DNA of 64,000 nt, taken from contig CDROCS010000253.1 in NCBI GenBank assembly GCA_977020255.1, forward strand, positions 4,278,001-4,342,000, given 5' to 3'. The position numbers and the translations under genes are program-made. The DNA comes from Obrimoposthia wandeli (lineage: Eukaryota). Shown here piece by piece: positions 27,310 to 38,575 of the stretch. Below the pieces are notes generated by a model that was not told the origin of the DNA, did no database searches, and worked only from the letters and a program-made list of their open reading frames with translations. Each line of letters begins with the position of its first letter. Positions within the stretch are counted from its first letter, which is position 1.

Positions 27310-28833
27310 TTAAGACTTTGCTTTGTCTTCTGCTTCTTGGATTTTAACTTTCCAAATTTCAGGGCCTGTTACATGAGCAGACTCACCTGTGCTGTCAACG
27401 GCAACAGTTACTGGCATATCTTCTACTTCAAATTCATAGATAGCTTCCATACCCATGTCTTCAAAAGCAACCACTTTCGCTTTTTTGATTGCTTTTGACA
27501 CTAAGTAAGCAGCGCCGCCTACCGCCATTAAGTAAACTGACTTATGATTTTTAATACTTTGACACGTTTGTGCACCACGTTCGGCTTTACCGATAGTGCC
27601 TAAAAGGCCAGTCTCAGCTAACATCATCTCAGTAAATTTATCCATACGTGTTGCCGTAGTTGGGCCAGCAGGACCTACTGCTTCATCACCAATGGCATCA
27701 ACGGGACCAACGTAGTAAATAAACTTGTTAGTGAAATCTACAGGAAGTTTTTCACCTCTAGCCAACATATCTTGAATACGTTTATGTGCTGCATCGCGAC
27801 CAGTTAAAATAGTACCGCTAAGTAAAACAGTTTCACCTGTTTTCCATTCGCTAATGTCAGCTTTACCTAACTCATCAACATTTACGCGGCGAACATTTTC
27901 ACCAACTTCCCAAGTAATTTCTGGCCACTCTTCAAGTTTAGGCGGCGTTAAATTAGCTGGGCCTGAGCCATCAAGATGGAAGTGAACATGGCGCGTTGCC
28001 GCACAATTTGGGATCATCACCACAGGTTTAGACGCTGCATGCGTTGGTACTGAGTTAATTTTCACATCAACTACGGTCGTTAAACCACCTAAACCTTGCG
28101 CACCAATACCTAATTTATTAACACGCTCAAAAATCTCAAGACGTAGCTTTTCTTCAGCTGTTTCTGCGCCGCGCTCAATTAAGTCTTGAATATTTACTGG
28201 GTCCATTAAGCTTTCTTTGGCTAATACGCCCGCTTTTTCAGCCGTACCACCAATACCTATACCTAACATGCCTGGTGGACACCAACCTGCGCCCATTGTC
28301 GGTAGCGTTTTAACTACCCAATCAGCAATCGAGTCAGATGGATTTAACATCGCCATTTTAGTTTTGTTTTCACTACCGCCGCCTTTGGCAGCAATCATGA
28401 TTTCAAGACCTGCGCCAGGTACCATATCGATATGTACAACTGCCGGAGTGTTGTCTTTGGTATTTATACGTGCGCCAGCAGGATCAGCCACGATAGAAGC
28501 ACGTAATGGATTATCAGGATTCAAATACGCACGACGCGTACCTTCATCAACCATTTGTTGTACGGTCATGTCAGTTTTATCCCACTGAACCGCCATACCT
28601 ACTTTAACAAAACAGGTAACAATACCTGTGTCTTGGCAAATTGGACGTTTACCTTGAGCTGACATTCGTGAGTTAATCAAAATTTGTGCTATTGCGTCTT
28701 TCGCCGCCGTTGATTCTTCTTTGTTATAGGCTTTTTCTAGTGCCTGAATAAAATCAAGTGGGTGATAATAAGAAATATATTGCAGTGCATCTTCAATACT
28801 ATCGATTAAGTCTTTTTGTTTAATGATGGCCAT
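27310..28833 (-). CDS. fumA: Class I (Fe-S) fumarate hydratase
   Basis: MAIIKQKDLIDS.., RPICQDTG, KGGGSENK, WCPPG, GRDAAH, GPTTATRMD; ATG at 28833 preferred over the ORF-track start 28893. Confidence 0.92.
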   Translation of the reverse strand: MAIIKQKDLIDSIEDALQYISYYHPLDFIQALEKAYNKEESTAAKDAIAQILINSRMSAQGKRPICQDTGIVTCFVKVGMAVQWDKTDMTVQQMVDEGTRRAYLNPDNPLRASIVADPAGARINTKDNTPAVVHIDMVPGAGLEIMIAAKGGGSENKTKMAMLNPSDSIADWVVKTLPTMGAGWCPPGMLGIGIGGTAEKAGVLAKESLMDPVNIQDLIERGAETAEEKLRLEIFERVNKLGIGAQGLGGLTTVVDVKINSVPTHAASKPVVMIPNCAATRHVHFHLDGSGPANLTPPKLEEWPEITWEVGENVRRVNVDELGKADISEWKTGETVLLSGTILTGRDAAHKRIQDMLARGEKLPVDFTNKFIYYVGPVDAIGDEAVGPAGPTTATRMDKFTEMMLAETGLLGTIGKAERGAQTCQSIKNHKSVYLMAVGGAAYLVSKAIKKAKVVAFEDMGMEAIYEFEVEDMPVTVAVDSTGESAHVTGPEIWKVKIQEAEDKAKS

Positions 28834-28976
28834 AGTGCTCTCTATTAGCTTTAATAATGCGTGGTTGAAAGTTATAATAATTCTACTACACATAATAACC
28901 CGCTATTGAAAGTGCTGCCAGAGCAAATGGCTGATAATAACTATTTAACTAGCGAATACTTAGAGTAATAAAAACC

Positions 28977-30476
28977 TTGTTCCAGACAATCACTACCACA
29001 CACCCAACCACTATTATCTCAGCTAAAGAACTGTCCCTGAAAAGAGGCACTACGCCAGAGGCAATATTTTCTCCTATATCTCAGCAAGCTTGGGCAATGT
29101 GGTTAGACTCAGGTAATAGTGACCATGTTGATAGTCGCTTTGATATTTTAGTGTGGCAGCCTATTGCAACCCTTACTACACAAGATGTTAGTACCGAGAT
29201 ATACTTTCCTGATGTCTATTATCCTGAAAAGAGTATTTGTAAGAAAAGTACTGAAGATCCATTGTTACTGCTTAAGCAACTGCAAGAAAAATTGTTTAAA
29301 ATACCAAACTCACCACATGAGTTCCTGCCTTTTTTAGGGGGTGCTTTAGGTTATTTCTCCTATGATTTAGGTCGTCGATTTGAGCAACTGCCTACTTTAG
29401 CTAAACAAGACATTAACTTACCTGAGATGGCCGTAGGTTTTTATGACCGAGCAGTTATTTTTGATAAAAACTCAGCTACTTTTTATCTAGTTTGTCCCGA
29501 TGACAAGCGAGCCGAGATTGAAAAATCACTTATTAATTCGACTCTGAACTCAAATAGTACTCCTACAAAGGTAAAAGCTGCAGCAACTACTGATAATTTT
29601 CATTTAACAAGTAGCTGGCAAGCCAATATGGATAAAGCCAGTTACATTGAAAAATTTAATAAAGTACAACATTACTTATTAAGCGGTGATTGTTACCAAA
29701 TTAATTTAGCGCAGCGCTTTAGTGCCCAATATAAGGGTGATGAATTTGAAGCTTACTTAGCCTTAAAGGCGGCAAATAAGGCGCCATTCTCTGCTTTTAT
29801 TCGCTTAAAAAATGCTGCTATTTTAAGTGTTTCCCCTGAGCGTTTTTTACAATTATCCCAAGGTAAAGTACAAAGTAAGCCCATTAAAGGCACAATGCCG
29901 CGCAGTGACAATAAAATTCAAGACGCTAAAAACGCTGAAATATTAAGACACTCAAGTAAGGATAATGCTGAAAATTTAATGATTGTTGATTTACTGCGTA
30001 ATGACATCAGCAAAAGTTGTCAAGCTGGCTCAGTAAAAGTACCTAAGCTTTTTGATATTGAAAGCTTCCCGGCGGTACATCACTTAGTGAGTACGGTTGA
30101 AGGTGCACTTGCTAGTGATAAACATGCGACTGATTTACTCCGTGGTGCCTTTCCCGGAGGCTCTATTACTGGCGCGCCTAAAATACGTGCCATGGAAATC
30201 ATCGAAGAATTAGAACCACACCGCCGCAGTGTTTATTGCGGCTCAATTGGCTACCTTTCAAATTGTGGCACTATGGATACCAGCATAACAATTCGCACCT
30301 TAATTTGTCAGCCAAGCGAAATATCAGCAAGTACTTGCCCTAATAATGAGAAGAGCATTCATTGCTGGGCTGGTGGTGGACTGGTGGCTGATTCGACCGC
30401 AGAAAGTGAGTACCAAGAAACCTTTGATAAAGTTAATTGCATTTTACCCGTATTATCAAAACTCAATCAGGTGTAG
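28977..30476 (+). CDS. pabB: Aminodeoxychorismate synthase component I
   Basis: LDSG....SRFDI, GDCYQINLAQRF, SPERFL, SKPIKGT, AENLMIVDLLRND, FPGGSITGAPKIRAM. Confidence 0.93.
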   Translation: MFQTITTTHPTTIISAKELSLKRGTTPEAIFSPISQQAWAMWLDSGNSDHVDSRFDILVWQPIATLTTQDVSTEIYFPDVYYPEKSICKKSTEDPLLLLKQLQEKLFKIPNSPHEFLPFLGGALGYFSYDLGRRFEQLPTLAKQDINLPEMAVGFYDRAVIFDKNSATFYLVCPDDKRAEIEKSLINSTLNSNSTPTKVKAAATTDNFHLTSSWQANMDKASYIEKFNKVQHYLLSGDCYQINLAQRFSAQYKGDEFEAYLALKAANKAPFSAFIRLKNAAILSVSPERFLQLSQGKVQSKPIKGTMPRSDNKIQDAKNAEILRHSSKDNAENLMIVDLLRNDISKSCQAGSVKVPKLFDIESFPAVHHLVSTVEGALASDKHATDLLRGAFPGGSITGAPKIRAMEIIEELEPHRRSVYCGSIGYLSNCGTMDTSITIRTLICQPSEISASTCPNNEKSIHCWAGGGLVADSTAESEYQETFDKVNCILPVLSKLNQV

Positions 30477-30548
30477 GCTTGAGTTAACGCATTAACTAAG
30501 ACAACTAAAATTATTACTAATAAATAGTACTGTTAAAGAGTAATACCA

Positions 30549-31124
30549 ATGACTAAAGATGAATTTTTATTACGCTTTAATTTATTACAGTTGGCTGAGT
30601 CTGAGCATAATTACCAGCACCCTTCGCCACTGAGATCGGCAGCGGTACTCATCGCTTTAGTCGAATCAGATAATGGTGAAGGCTTACAAGTATTATTAAC
30701 CAAACGAGCGAGTCATTTAAAACATCACCCATCACAGGTGAGTTTCCCCGGTGGCAAAGTAGAACTAGCAGATAAATCACTGATAGATACCGCACTTCGA
30801 GAAGCTTTTGAAGAAATAGGCTTGTCTCGTGAAGCAGTAACTGTGGCAGGTCAATTACCACCCTATGAGACTATTAGTGGTTTTCAAGTTACGCCTATTA
30901 TCGCCATTGTAGCCAGTTCACAAATTTACCAAATAGATAAAAATGAAGTCACTGAAGTATTTCAGGTACCTCTGCAGCATTTTTTAACCACTACTAACCA
31001 CCATGTTTTTGTTGCTCATAAGGGTGGAAAAAAGCATAACGTTCATTTTTTACCCTATAAACACTATAATATTTGGGGTGCCACCGCGGTAATGCTAAAA
31101 GATTTAGTCGCCCAACTAAACTAG
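30549..31124 (+). CDS. nudL: CoA pyrophosphatase (Nudix)
   Basis: AAVLI, LLTKRASHLKHHPSQVSFPGG, ALREAFEEIG, IWGATA; follows pabB as in E. coli. Confidence 0.88.
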   Translation: MTKDEFLLRFNLLQLAESEHNYQHPSPLRSAAVLIALVESDNGEGLQVLLTKRASHLKHHPSQVSFPGGKVELADKSLIDTALREAFEEIGLSREAVTVAGQLPPYETISGFQVTPIIAIVASSQIYQIDKNEVTEVFQVPLQHFLTTTNHHVFVAHKGGKKHNVHFLPYKHYNIWGATAVMLKDLVAQLN

Positions 31125-31453
31125 CTATAATGGCATTTGCCAATAAAAACGCTTAATATTCAACCACTGCTCCACCTTTGTCATACCTCTGTATTGGTCA
31201 TTAATTTAATAACCTTAGTATTAGTCGAATATTTTTGTTCTTTATCTGATAACTTTCAGCTAGAATCACTTATCACAAAGATAATCGACAATAACCCCAC
31301 TATACTAATAAAAGCCAACTATAATTCGGAAATTAACATTAATACCCAAATTATATATTGCCAACCTATTTCCCTTTAGCTTTTGCTTATAAGGATTTAG
31401 GTCTATAATTAAAGAATAGTGTCTATTACATAAGCAGAGCAAAGGTAAAAATT

Positions 31454-32830
31454 ATGATCAGTGTATTTGATATGTTTTCTATTGGCATAGGTCCATCAAG
31501 CTCACATACCGTGGGCCCTATGAAAGCGGCGAAACTTTTCGTTGATGCGTTAGTTAAACAAGATTTATTAAATAACGTCGACAGAGCTAAATGTGAACTA
31601 TTCGGCTCATTAGGGCAAACAGGTATTGGCCATGGTACGGGTAAAGCGGTAATTTTAGGCTTTTCCGGCCAAACACCAGAAGGCATACCTGTTGAGTCAA
31701 TAGAGTCGACTTTAGCCGAAGTGGTAAGCAGTCAAAAAATATCACTCAATGGTACTCATGAAGTCAGTTTTCCTAAAAATGACGCTATTATTTATCATCG
31801 TAAGAAAACATTGCCAGCTCATTCCAATGCCATGACTTTGTATGCCTATCAAGGGGATACCTTGGTATTAGAACAAACGTATTATTCTATTGGCGGTGGC
31901 TTTATTGTAGAAGATTGTGACTTCGAAAAAGAGAAAGATAAAGCATTATCACTACACACGAGTATCAAGCCTCCCCATGTTTTTACTAGTGGCGATAAAT
32001 TACTCCATGAAGCTAAAGTGCATGGTTTAAGCATTAGTACCATTATGATGAATAATGAGAAATGCTTAAACGATGAAGCGACCATACGCACTAAATTAAT
32101 TGAAATTTGGGATGCTATGAAAGCGAGTGTTGACCGCGGTATGGCTACTGAAGGCATTCTACCTGGTGGTCTAAACTTACATCGTAGAGCCCCTGCCCTT
32201 CATCGTTCTTTGATGGTAGAAAAATCTAGCGATCCACTTACAGCTATGGACTGGGTTAACTTATTTGCTATGGCGGTTAACGAAGAAAATGCAGCCGGAA
32301 GTCGTGTAGTTACTGCACCAACAAACGGCGCTGCAGGTATCATTCCTGCTGTACTTTGTTACTACGATAAGTTTGTTAAACCAGTTACTGATGATGATTG
32401 TATTCGTTACTTACTTACCGCAGCAGCCATTGGTATTTTATACAAGACTAACGCTTCTATTTCTGGCGCTGAAGTGGGTTGCCAAGGTGAAGTAGGTGTA
32501 GCTTGTTCAATGGCAGCAGGCGCGTTAACTGAAATAATGGGTGGTAGTCCGGCACAAGTAGAAAATGCGGCTGAAATAGGTATGGAACATAACCTTGGTT
32601 TGACCTGTGATCCTGTAGGCGGTTTGGTACAAGTTCCTTGTATTGAACGTAATGCGATGGGCTCAGTCAAAGCAATAAATGCTTCACGTCTTGCCTTACG
32701 CGGTAATGGCACACAAAAAGTTTCTTTAGATAAGGTAATCAAAACCATGTGGGAAACAGGTAATGATATGAAGACTAAATATAAAGAAACATCACGTGGC
32801 GGTTTAGCGGTTAACATTACAGAATGTTAG
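31454..32830 (+). CDS. sdaA: L-serine dehydratase, Fe-S type
   Basis: [63 protein letters not shown]. Confidence 0.95.
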   Translation: MISVFDMFSIGIGPSSSHTVGPMKAAKLFVDALVKQDLLNNVDRAKCELFGSLGQTGIGHGTGKAVILGFSGQTPEGIPVESIESTLAEVVSSQKISLNGTHEVSFPKNDAIIYHRKKTLPAHSNAMTLYAYQGDTLVLEQTYYSIGGGFIVEDCDFEKEKDKALSLHTSIKPPHVFTSGDKLLHEAKVHGLSISTIMMNNEKCLNDEATIRTKLIEIWDAMKASVDRGMATEGILPGGLNLHRRAPALHRSLMVEKSSDPLTAMDWVNLFAMAVNEENAAGSRVVTAPTNGAAGIIPAVLCYYDKFVKPVTDDDCIRYLLTAAAIGILYKTNASISGAEVGCQGEVGVACSMAAGALTEIMGGSPAQVENAAEIGMEHNLGLTCDPVGGLVQVPCIERNAMGSVKAINASRLALRGNGTQKVSLDKVIKTMWETGNDMKTKYKETSRGGLAVNITEC

Positions 32831-32881
32831 TAAGTATTCATTAACATATTTAGTTAAAACGATCTGTTTAAATAAATAACT

Positions 32882-32920
32882 AAAAAGCGTCAGTAAGTAT
32901 TACTTACTGACGCTTTTTTT
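32882..32920. terminator. Bidirectional terminator
   Basis: AAAAAGCGTCAGTAAGT-att-ACTTACTGACGCTTTTTTT. Confidence 0.85.
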
Positions 32921-32932
32921 TGTTTAACGCTG

Positions 32933-33757
32933 TTACTTTTCAACTGAGCTGGTTGGATAAGTAAATAATACCCGATACTTAGCTTTTAATCCTTGAGCGT
33001 TGAAAGCCGTTTTAAACAGGTAGATCCACTGGTGAAAACTAATATAGAACGGATTATTTGATTTGATTTGACCAATGATACCATAGCGGCAAGGACCATT
33101 TTTTTCAGGGTTTTCTTCGACATAAGTGCCAAAGATCTTATCCCAAACAATTAATACACCAGCAAAGTTTCTATCTAAGTAGGCTTTATTGGTTGAATGA
33201 TGCACTCGGTGATGTGAAGGCGTATTAAACACTTTTTCAAACCAACCCAGTTTATAAACAATTTGAGTATGAACAAAAAATTGATAAGCCAAATTAAGGG
33301 CAACCACAGTAAAAACGGTATTGGGGTCAAAACCGATAACTATCATTGGCATCCAAAAAATCCACATCCCCGCTAATGGGTACATCAACGATTGTCTAAA
33401 AGCGGTTGAGAAATTCATTTTGGTTGAACTATGATGGACAACATGGGCTGCCCACAACCAATGTATATGATGTGACGCTTTATGAAACCAATAGTAGAGA
33501 AAATCTTGTAATAAAAAAGCAATAAAAATAGTAATGAAACTGAGTGAGATATCAAACAGTGCAAACTGATGTAACCAATAAAAAAAGGGCATCAACAGTA
33601 ATAAAGTGATGGCATCAGATGTTTGATGTAAAAGTGCTAAGACGGTATTCGCCAAACTGTCTTTAATGTCGTAAAATTTACGATGTTTGACAAACTCATA
33701 AATAATAAAACCTAAAAACATTGGACTTAATGCCAATAAAATTACTTCAATATTCAT
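32933..33757 (-). CDS. Fatty-acid hydroxylase / sterol desaturase superfamily (alkylglycerol monooxygenase-like)
   Basis: His boxes YYWFHKASH, HVVHHS, FFVHT, TPSHHRVHH; NFAGVLIVWDKIFGT. Confidence 0.88.
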   Translation of the reverse strand: MNIEVILLALSPMFLGFIIYEFVKHRKFYDIKDSLANTVLALLHQTSDAITLLLLMPFFYWLHQFALFDISLSFITIFIAFLLQDFLYYWFHKASHHIHWLWAAHVVHHSSTKMNFSTAFRQSLMYPLAGMWIFWMPMIVIGFDPNTVFTVVALNLAYQFFVHTQIVYKLGWFEKVFNTPSHHRVHHSTNKAYLDRNFAGVLIVWDKIFGTYVEENPEKNGPCRYGIIGQIKSNNPFYISFHQWIYLFKTAFNAQGLKAKYRVLFTYPTSSVEK

Positions 33758-34260
33758 ATGCCGTTACCTGTTGAAGAATGCACTGCTGAAAAGTGCTGCG
33801 CTAATTTTTTCATCGCTTTAATAATATCGCGTTCAACAAAAAACTTTAACAAAAAGGCAGGTAACCATTTAGGGCCATTAAACTTAATAACGTAGTCTAG
33901 TTGTGTGGTTTTACTATTAGTCTCTAGTGATGTTACTCTAGGTACTACTTGGGGTGTTAAATGAATATCACCTTGGTGGTTTGATACTGGCCAGTTCCCC
34001 CTAATGCGATAGCAAATATGCGCATTACTTGCCTTAATGATCTCTTCTTCAAAAACTATTTTTCCGATTGAAATTTGACGAACAGCACCTTTACCGCCAA
34101 TTAATTCACCATCATTTTGCTTTTTTATTGTTTTAATTTTGGCATTAAAAAATCGTTCTAATTGTGGGTGGTCTAATAAAACTTGGCATACTTGCTCTAC
34201 TGGAGCTGATATTTTTTGGGTTACTTCAATGGTAATCATAAATCTCACCAAACAATTCAT
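33754..34260 (-). CDS. SRPBCC (START-like) family protein
   Basis: ISAPVEQV..L.DH, GKGAVRQI, FEEEII, SNHQGDI; ATGA overlap with the desaturase. Confidence 0.8.
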   Translation of the reverse strand: MNCLVRFMITIEVTQKISAPVEQVCQVLLDHPQLERFFNAKIKTIKKQNDGELIGGKGAVRQISIGKIVFEEEIIKASNAHICYRIRGNWPVSNHQGDIHLTPQVVPRVTSLETNSKTTQLDYVIKFNGPKWLPAFLLKFFVERDIIKAMKKLAQHFSAVHSSTGNGI

Positions 34261-34354
34261 ACAAGCGTTTAATTATCTCGATTCAAGCAGGTTTTGTCTA
34301 AAACAACAAGCGTTTATTTTTACTGTTTTAGAAATAAACGTGATAAATAACAAT

Positions 34355-34392
34355 AAAAAAGCCCCAAAAAACTTAGTGTTGGGGCTTACTTT
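34355..34392 (-). terminator. Probable terminator downstream of the CobN-like gene
   Basis: AAAAAAGCCCCAA..TTGGGGCTT, U-tract on minus strand. Confidence 0.65.
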
Positions 34393-34471
34393 TAATAACG
34401 GTATCATTGCTAATATGAGTAAACTCTTAGCTAATCCATAAGACTGATCGAACTAATGTACTTATGGCTAG

Positions 34472-37400
34472 TTACGCTACTTTGTCTAACACTGGTTTGT
34501 TATCCACAGTGGTTAGTTTGACCCACACCACCTTTTTAGTCGGTCGAGCAAAGTGACTAACAAAACCAAATAAGAAAATAACGAGTAACCAATATAGCGG
34601 TGTGTAATCTGTTTCTACGGGTTCAGATTTCGCCTGTTCTTCTAATTTTTGTCCTGAAATTTGTTCAGTTTGAGTAGACTGATTATTAGCTTTTTCGGTT
34701 GGTGGCATTTGTTGAGCTAAAGTCTTTGCTAATGCGTCAGCTAAGGCCTTAGCTAATGACTCAGACAAGGGCTTCATGCCAAAACCAACTGCGGTAACAT
34801 CCATGTATTCATTAAACTTACCATTGTCAGTGACAACATCAAATTCACTAGCAATATCAGTATAAGTTTCGACCATTTTTTTGATCGTTGCTTCATCTGC
34901 TTGCCAATAACCTTTACGCACAGCTTCGAGCATACGTTCAATAATTTGCGCTAAACTTTCAGCATTGTGTTCCTCAAAGAATTCACGCATATCCATTTGA
35001 TATTTATCATTAACATATACTTCAAAAAACTCCTGCCATTGATCGTCTCTTATTGCTTCTGGTGTCATCACTTCCCAGCCCCACATGTTATTCATGCGAT
35101 CTAAAATAGCGGTAGCACCCGCGTAACCTGAATCTTGCATGGCCTTTATCCAACGAGGGTGAAAGTAACGACTCCGCATTTCTTGATTAACAAACTCATC
35201 AAGTGTTTGCACTTTAACTTGGTCTTTTTTACGTAAATTAGACACGTACATTTCTGGCGTTTTACCATCTAAATGACGAACAGCTAAGCCAATACCACCA
35301 AAATATTGAAAAGGATCGTCATTGGTCATTAAGGCATAAAGATTGGTAGAACGAGAAAATATAACTCCATCCGTACCCGATAAAATTTTAGAATATAATC
35401 CTTGGCCATCACCTAAGACATCAGCAACATTTTCACTCCAACGTTTTTCATCACTACCATAGGCATAGCCCATTCTATCAAGGTAAAGGTTCGCCATCTT
35501 ATCATCCGTTTCCCAAGTATCTGAAGCGAGTGAGCTACCAGCTAAACCCGTACCATAATTACCAGTTTCATTTGAGAAAATACGAATTGATGATAAATAG
35601 TCCGCCTCTTTTTCGCTTTTACCTTTTACAAGTAGCTCAGATTTTAAAGCGCTAGCGTGGCGATAAACAAAGTTATTGTCTTCTTTTATTTTTGCCACTT
35701 TATCAATCGCTTTAGCAAGCCATAACATCACATTAGGAAAAGCGTCACGATACAAACCGGTTGCTGAAATAACAACATCAATACGTGGCCTTTTTAATTC
35801 ACTGTACGGAATAACTTCAGTATCAACGACTTGACCTTGTTTATTCCATTTAGGTTTTAAACCAAGCGCATGAAGAATTTGTGCTTCAAGGGCGCCTTGG
35901 TGCCGCATTGTTTCTAATGACCACAAGGAAAAAGCCAACTTTTCAGGAAATTTCTCGTGCTTTGCTACGTAAGCATCGATGGTTTGATTCATCAGGGTAA
36001 CGCCAGCGTCATAGGCCTCTTTTGATGGCACTTTCGCCGGATTAAAACCAATAAGATTTCTTCCCGTTGGTACGGCATCAGGATTTCTAATCGGATCGCC
36101 GCCATAACTAGTCGCGATGTAATTAGCTTCCAGTGCTGACAGCAAGTTTTGTGTTTCAGCAATGGCTTTAAAGTTATTCCAGTAGGTTTTAGCTAGGGAT
36201 AAATCAGTCATTAACTGCTCATCTACATCCGATAATAGTTCTGATTCAGGTGCAGTAAAATAAGTCTCAAGTAGTTGAAAGCCATCAAGTGCTTTAAGCT
36301 TTCGTACATTACGTTTATCAAATTGTTCAGCTTCTGCTACCGCAAGGTCATGGGATTTTTCATACATTGCTGCACGTTGAGTAAAATCGTCCCCCAGCAT
36401 TTGCAGCATGGTGCTATATAAATGTGCTTGTACCGGCAAATCACCGAAAATATGTACGCCTAAAGGTTGGCTCATTTGTGCAAGAGCATGTAAATGATCT
36501 TGAATCTTACTCAGGTATTGCTCAAAATTAGCTTCAATTTCTGATCGCTCAAGTGATAAGTCATTAAGCATATTAAGTTGCTCAGCTAAATTAACAATTT
36601 CTGCTTGCGTATTGGCACGGGTTTGTCCTTGTGACAACATCAGGTAGTTCGTTATTTTATCATTTAAGGTCGCGATATCACTGTATAAACCCGCCTTGGC
36701 AAAACCTGGGGTTAAGTGACTTATCATGGTGGCACGACCACGTCGTTTCGCTTGCATTGCCTCACCAACGTTATCAATAATGTAAGGATAAAAAACGGGT
36801 AGATTGCCCAAAGCTAAACTGGGTGCATCATACACAGATAAGCCTCGCTCTTTACCCGTTAGCCACTCTTGTGAGCCATGTGTACCTAAATGGATATACG
36901 CATCTGCCTCAAACGTTTCGCGGGCAAATAAATAGATAGCTAAATAGCTGTGATTTATCGGTGTTTTCGTGCTGTGATATAAATTAGCATGCTCTTTAGC
37001 ATCTTCACCGCGTACTCCTTGTGGCATAACAATCATATTACCAAGGTTCATTCTTGGAATAACAAACGCTGCTATGGTTTCTCCGTCTATTTTAGCTTGG
37101 CGTAACATGCCACTGTCTTCAGGCTTTCCCCAACGCTCAACAATTGGTTTTGTTACTGATTCTGGCAGTGCATTAAACCAATGCAAGTAAGTACTTAATG
37201 GCATATATTCCGCTAAGTCTTGCGCAATTAATTGCTCAGTATCTTCACCACGATAATAAGGTCGTAGTATTTTTCCTGCTGATTCGATGATTTCTTTATG
37301 ACCTTTAACGTCAACTTGATAACCTTTTTCTTTCATGGCGTTAGCGATATTTTCGATTGACGTAGGTACGTCTAAAAAGGCCGCGCCTATGTTCTTCTCA

Positions 37401-38566
37401 CCGGGAGGGTAATTCCAAATAAAAGTGGCGACTTTTTTATCACTATTGTTGATATGTGCAAGGTTTGCATGATTGTACGCACGTTCTACCAAGGCATTAA
37501 GCTGATAGGCAATGGGCTTTTTTACCCCTTTGTCATTCGCTGCAATGATGGTTGGGTCAGTACTACCAGTATCTTCAGGCATGACTAAAAAAAAGGGGGT
37601 TAACGACGGTGGAACACCGGCATTATCTTGCTCAAAACTTGTTTGGTCGCCTTCGGTATAATTAAGCGCATGAATAATGGGTACACCAATCTTGGCAAAC
37701 TCATTGCGACGTTTATCTACAAAGTGAAGTGAACGATAATTAATGAGTAAATCAACTCTAGATTTTTCACCTTGTCCGGTATCCGCCATTAATAAGTCGG
37801 TGTAATTTACCGCTTGATCTTCACCTTCAAAAAAATATGCCAACGCTTTAGCGCCTTTTTCCTCAAGACCTTTAATAATGGCATCAACAATTTGTTGCTG
37901 TTCATAATCAACCACGCTTCGGTGAATACCAATAGCAATAACCGGTTGATTTTTTGCTACGTTAAGAAAGTTAAAAAATACTTGCTCATCTGCGGTCACT
38001 TGGCCGGGAAAATCATAATGGTATAAACCAACACTGGGTATAACTTCAGGCTCTTTCGCTGTAGCTGTCGTTAATTTTAAAAAATCACTAGCAAGAAAAA
38101 CCATCATATTTTGATAGTTACCTCGGCCGGCATTATTATAATAACCACCAATACTTTTGGCTTGCTCACTTGATAAGCCCTGATTCATTTTTACATTGCT
38201 TAAGTCACCCAATGAAATAACAGGTACTGAGGCGAAGTTCGTTACGTGGTCTTGATATTTAGCAAACATATATTTTGATAAGGCTGGGTTAATACCATCA
38301 AGCATGATCAAACTCGCAGTAGACCAAGCCGTTTTAATTTCATCGTCAGTCTTGCCTTTGGTTGAAAAGTTGACCAATGAAAACGGTTGATCTTTTGCCA
38401 GTAATATTAGTAAATCACCTTTAGGTTTTGAGGCATGTGACGACATCATCAACAATATTTGTGGTTTTTCTTCTGCGGCAATACTTATATTGGACACACA
38501 TAGAGTAGCCATAACCATGAGCATAACCTTAAGAAAAGATAGCTGCTGTAATATTTTTTTTATCAT
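34472..38566 (-). CDS. Exported, membrane-anchored CobN/Mg-chelatase-H family protein (HmuS/BtuS-like)
   Basis: WNYPPGEKN, HLGTHGSQEW, GGDPIRNPDAVPTGRN, RPRIDVVISATGLYRDAFPN, EMRSRYFHPRWI; N-terminal signal peptide; C-terminal TM YWLLVIFLFGFV. Confidence 0.88.
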   Translation of the reverse strand: MIKKILQQLSFLKVMLMVMATLCVSNISIAAEEKPQILLMMSSHASKPKGDLLILLAKDQPFSLVNFSTKGKTDDEIKTAWSTASLIMLDGINPALSKYMFAKYQDHVTNFASVPVISLGDLSNVKMNQGLSSEQAKSIGGYYNNAGRGNYQNMMVFLASDFLKLTTATAKEPEVIPSVGLYHYDFPGQVTADEQVFFNFLNVAKNQPVIAIGIHRSVVDYEQQQIVDAIIKGLEEKGAKALAYFFEGEDQAVNYTDLLMADTGQGEKSRVDLLINYRSLHFVDKRRNEFAKIGVPIIHALNYTEGDQTSFEQDNAGVPPSLTPFFLVMPEDTGSTDPTIIAANDKGVKKPIAYQLNALVERAYNHANLAHINNSDKKVATFIWNYPPGEKNIGAAFLDVPTSIENIANAMKEKGYQVDVKGHKEIIESAGKILRPYYRGEDTEQLIAQDLAEYMPLSTYLHWFNALPESVTKPIVERWGKPEDSGMLRQAKIDGETIAAFVIPRMNLGNMIVMPQGVRGEDAKEHANLYHSTKTPINHSYLAIYLFARETFEADAYIHLGTHGSQEWLTGKERGLSVYDAPSLALGNLPVFYPYIIDNVGEAMQAKRRGRATMISHLTPGFAKAGLYSDIATLNDKITNYLMLSQGQTRANTQAEIVNLAEQLNMLNDLSLERSEIEANFEQYLSKIQDHLHALAQMSQPLGVHIFGDLPVQAHLYSTMLQMLGDDFTQRAAMYEKSHDLAVAEAEQFDKRNVRKLKALDGFQLLETYFTAPESELLSDVDEQLMTDLSLAKTYWNNFKAIAETQNLLSALEANYIATSYGGDPIRNPDAVPTGRNLIGFNPAKVPSKEAYDAGVTLMNQTIDAYVAKHEKFPEKLAFSLWSLETMRHQGALEAQILHALGLKPKWNKQGQVVDTEVIPYSELKRPRIDVVISATGLYRDAFPNVMLWLAKAIDKVAKIKEDNNFVYRHASALKSELLVKGKSEKEADYLSSIRIFSNETGNYGTGLAGSSLASDTWETDDKMANLYLDRMGYAYGSDEKRWSENVADVLGDGQGLYSKILSGTDGVIFSRSTNLYALMTNDDPFQYFGGIGLAVRHLDGKTPEMYVSNLRKKDQVKVQTLDEFVNQEMRSRYFHPRWIKAMQDSGYAGATAILDRMNNMWGWEVMTPEAIRDDQWQEFFEVYVNDKYQMDMREFFEEHNAESLAQIIERMLEAVRKGYWQADEATIKKMVETYTDIASEFDVVTDNGKFNEYMDVTAVGFGMKPLSESLAKALADALAKTLAQQMPPTEKANNQSTQTEQISGQKLEEQAKSEPVETDYTPLYWLLVIFLFGFVSHFARPTKKVVWVKLTTVDNKPVLDKVA

Positions 38567-38575
38567 GATTTTAAC

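Noticed and set aside
31137-31379. 80-aa intergenic ORF before sdaA
   Set aside because: AT-rich, no clear RBS or motif, occupies the sdaA promoter region
34472-38566. Calling the gene cobN (B12 synthesis)
   Set aside because: Exported and membrane-anchored, no cobST or cob genes, Fur box rather than a B12 riboswitch
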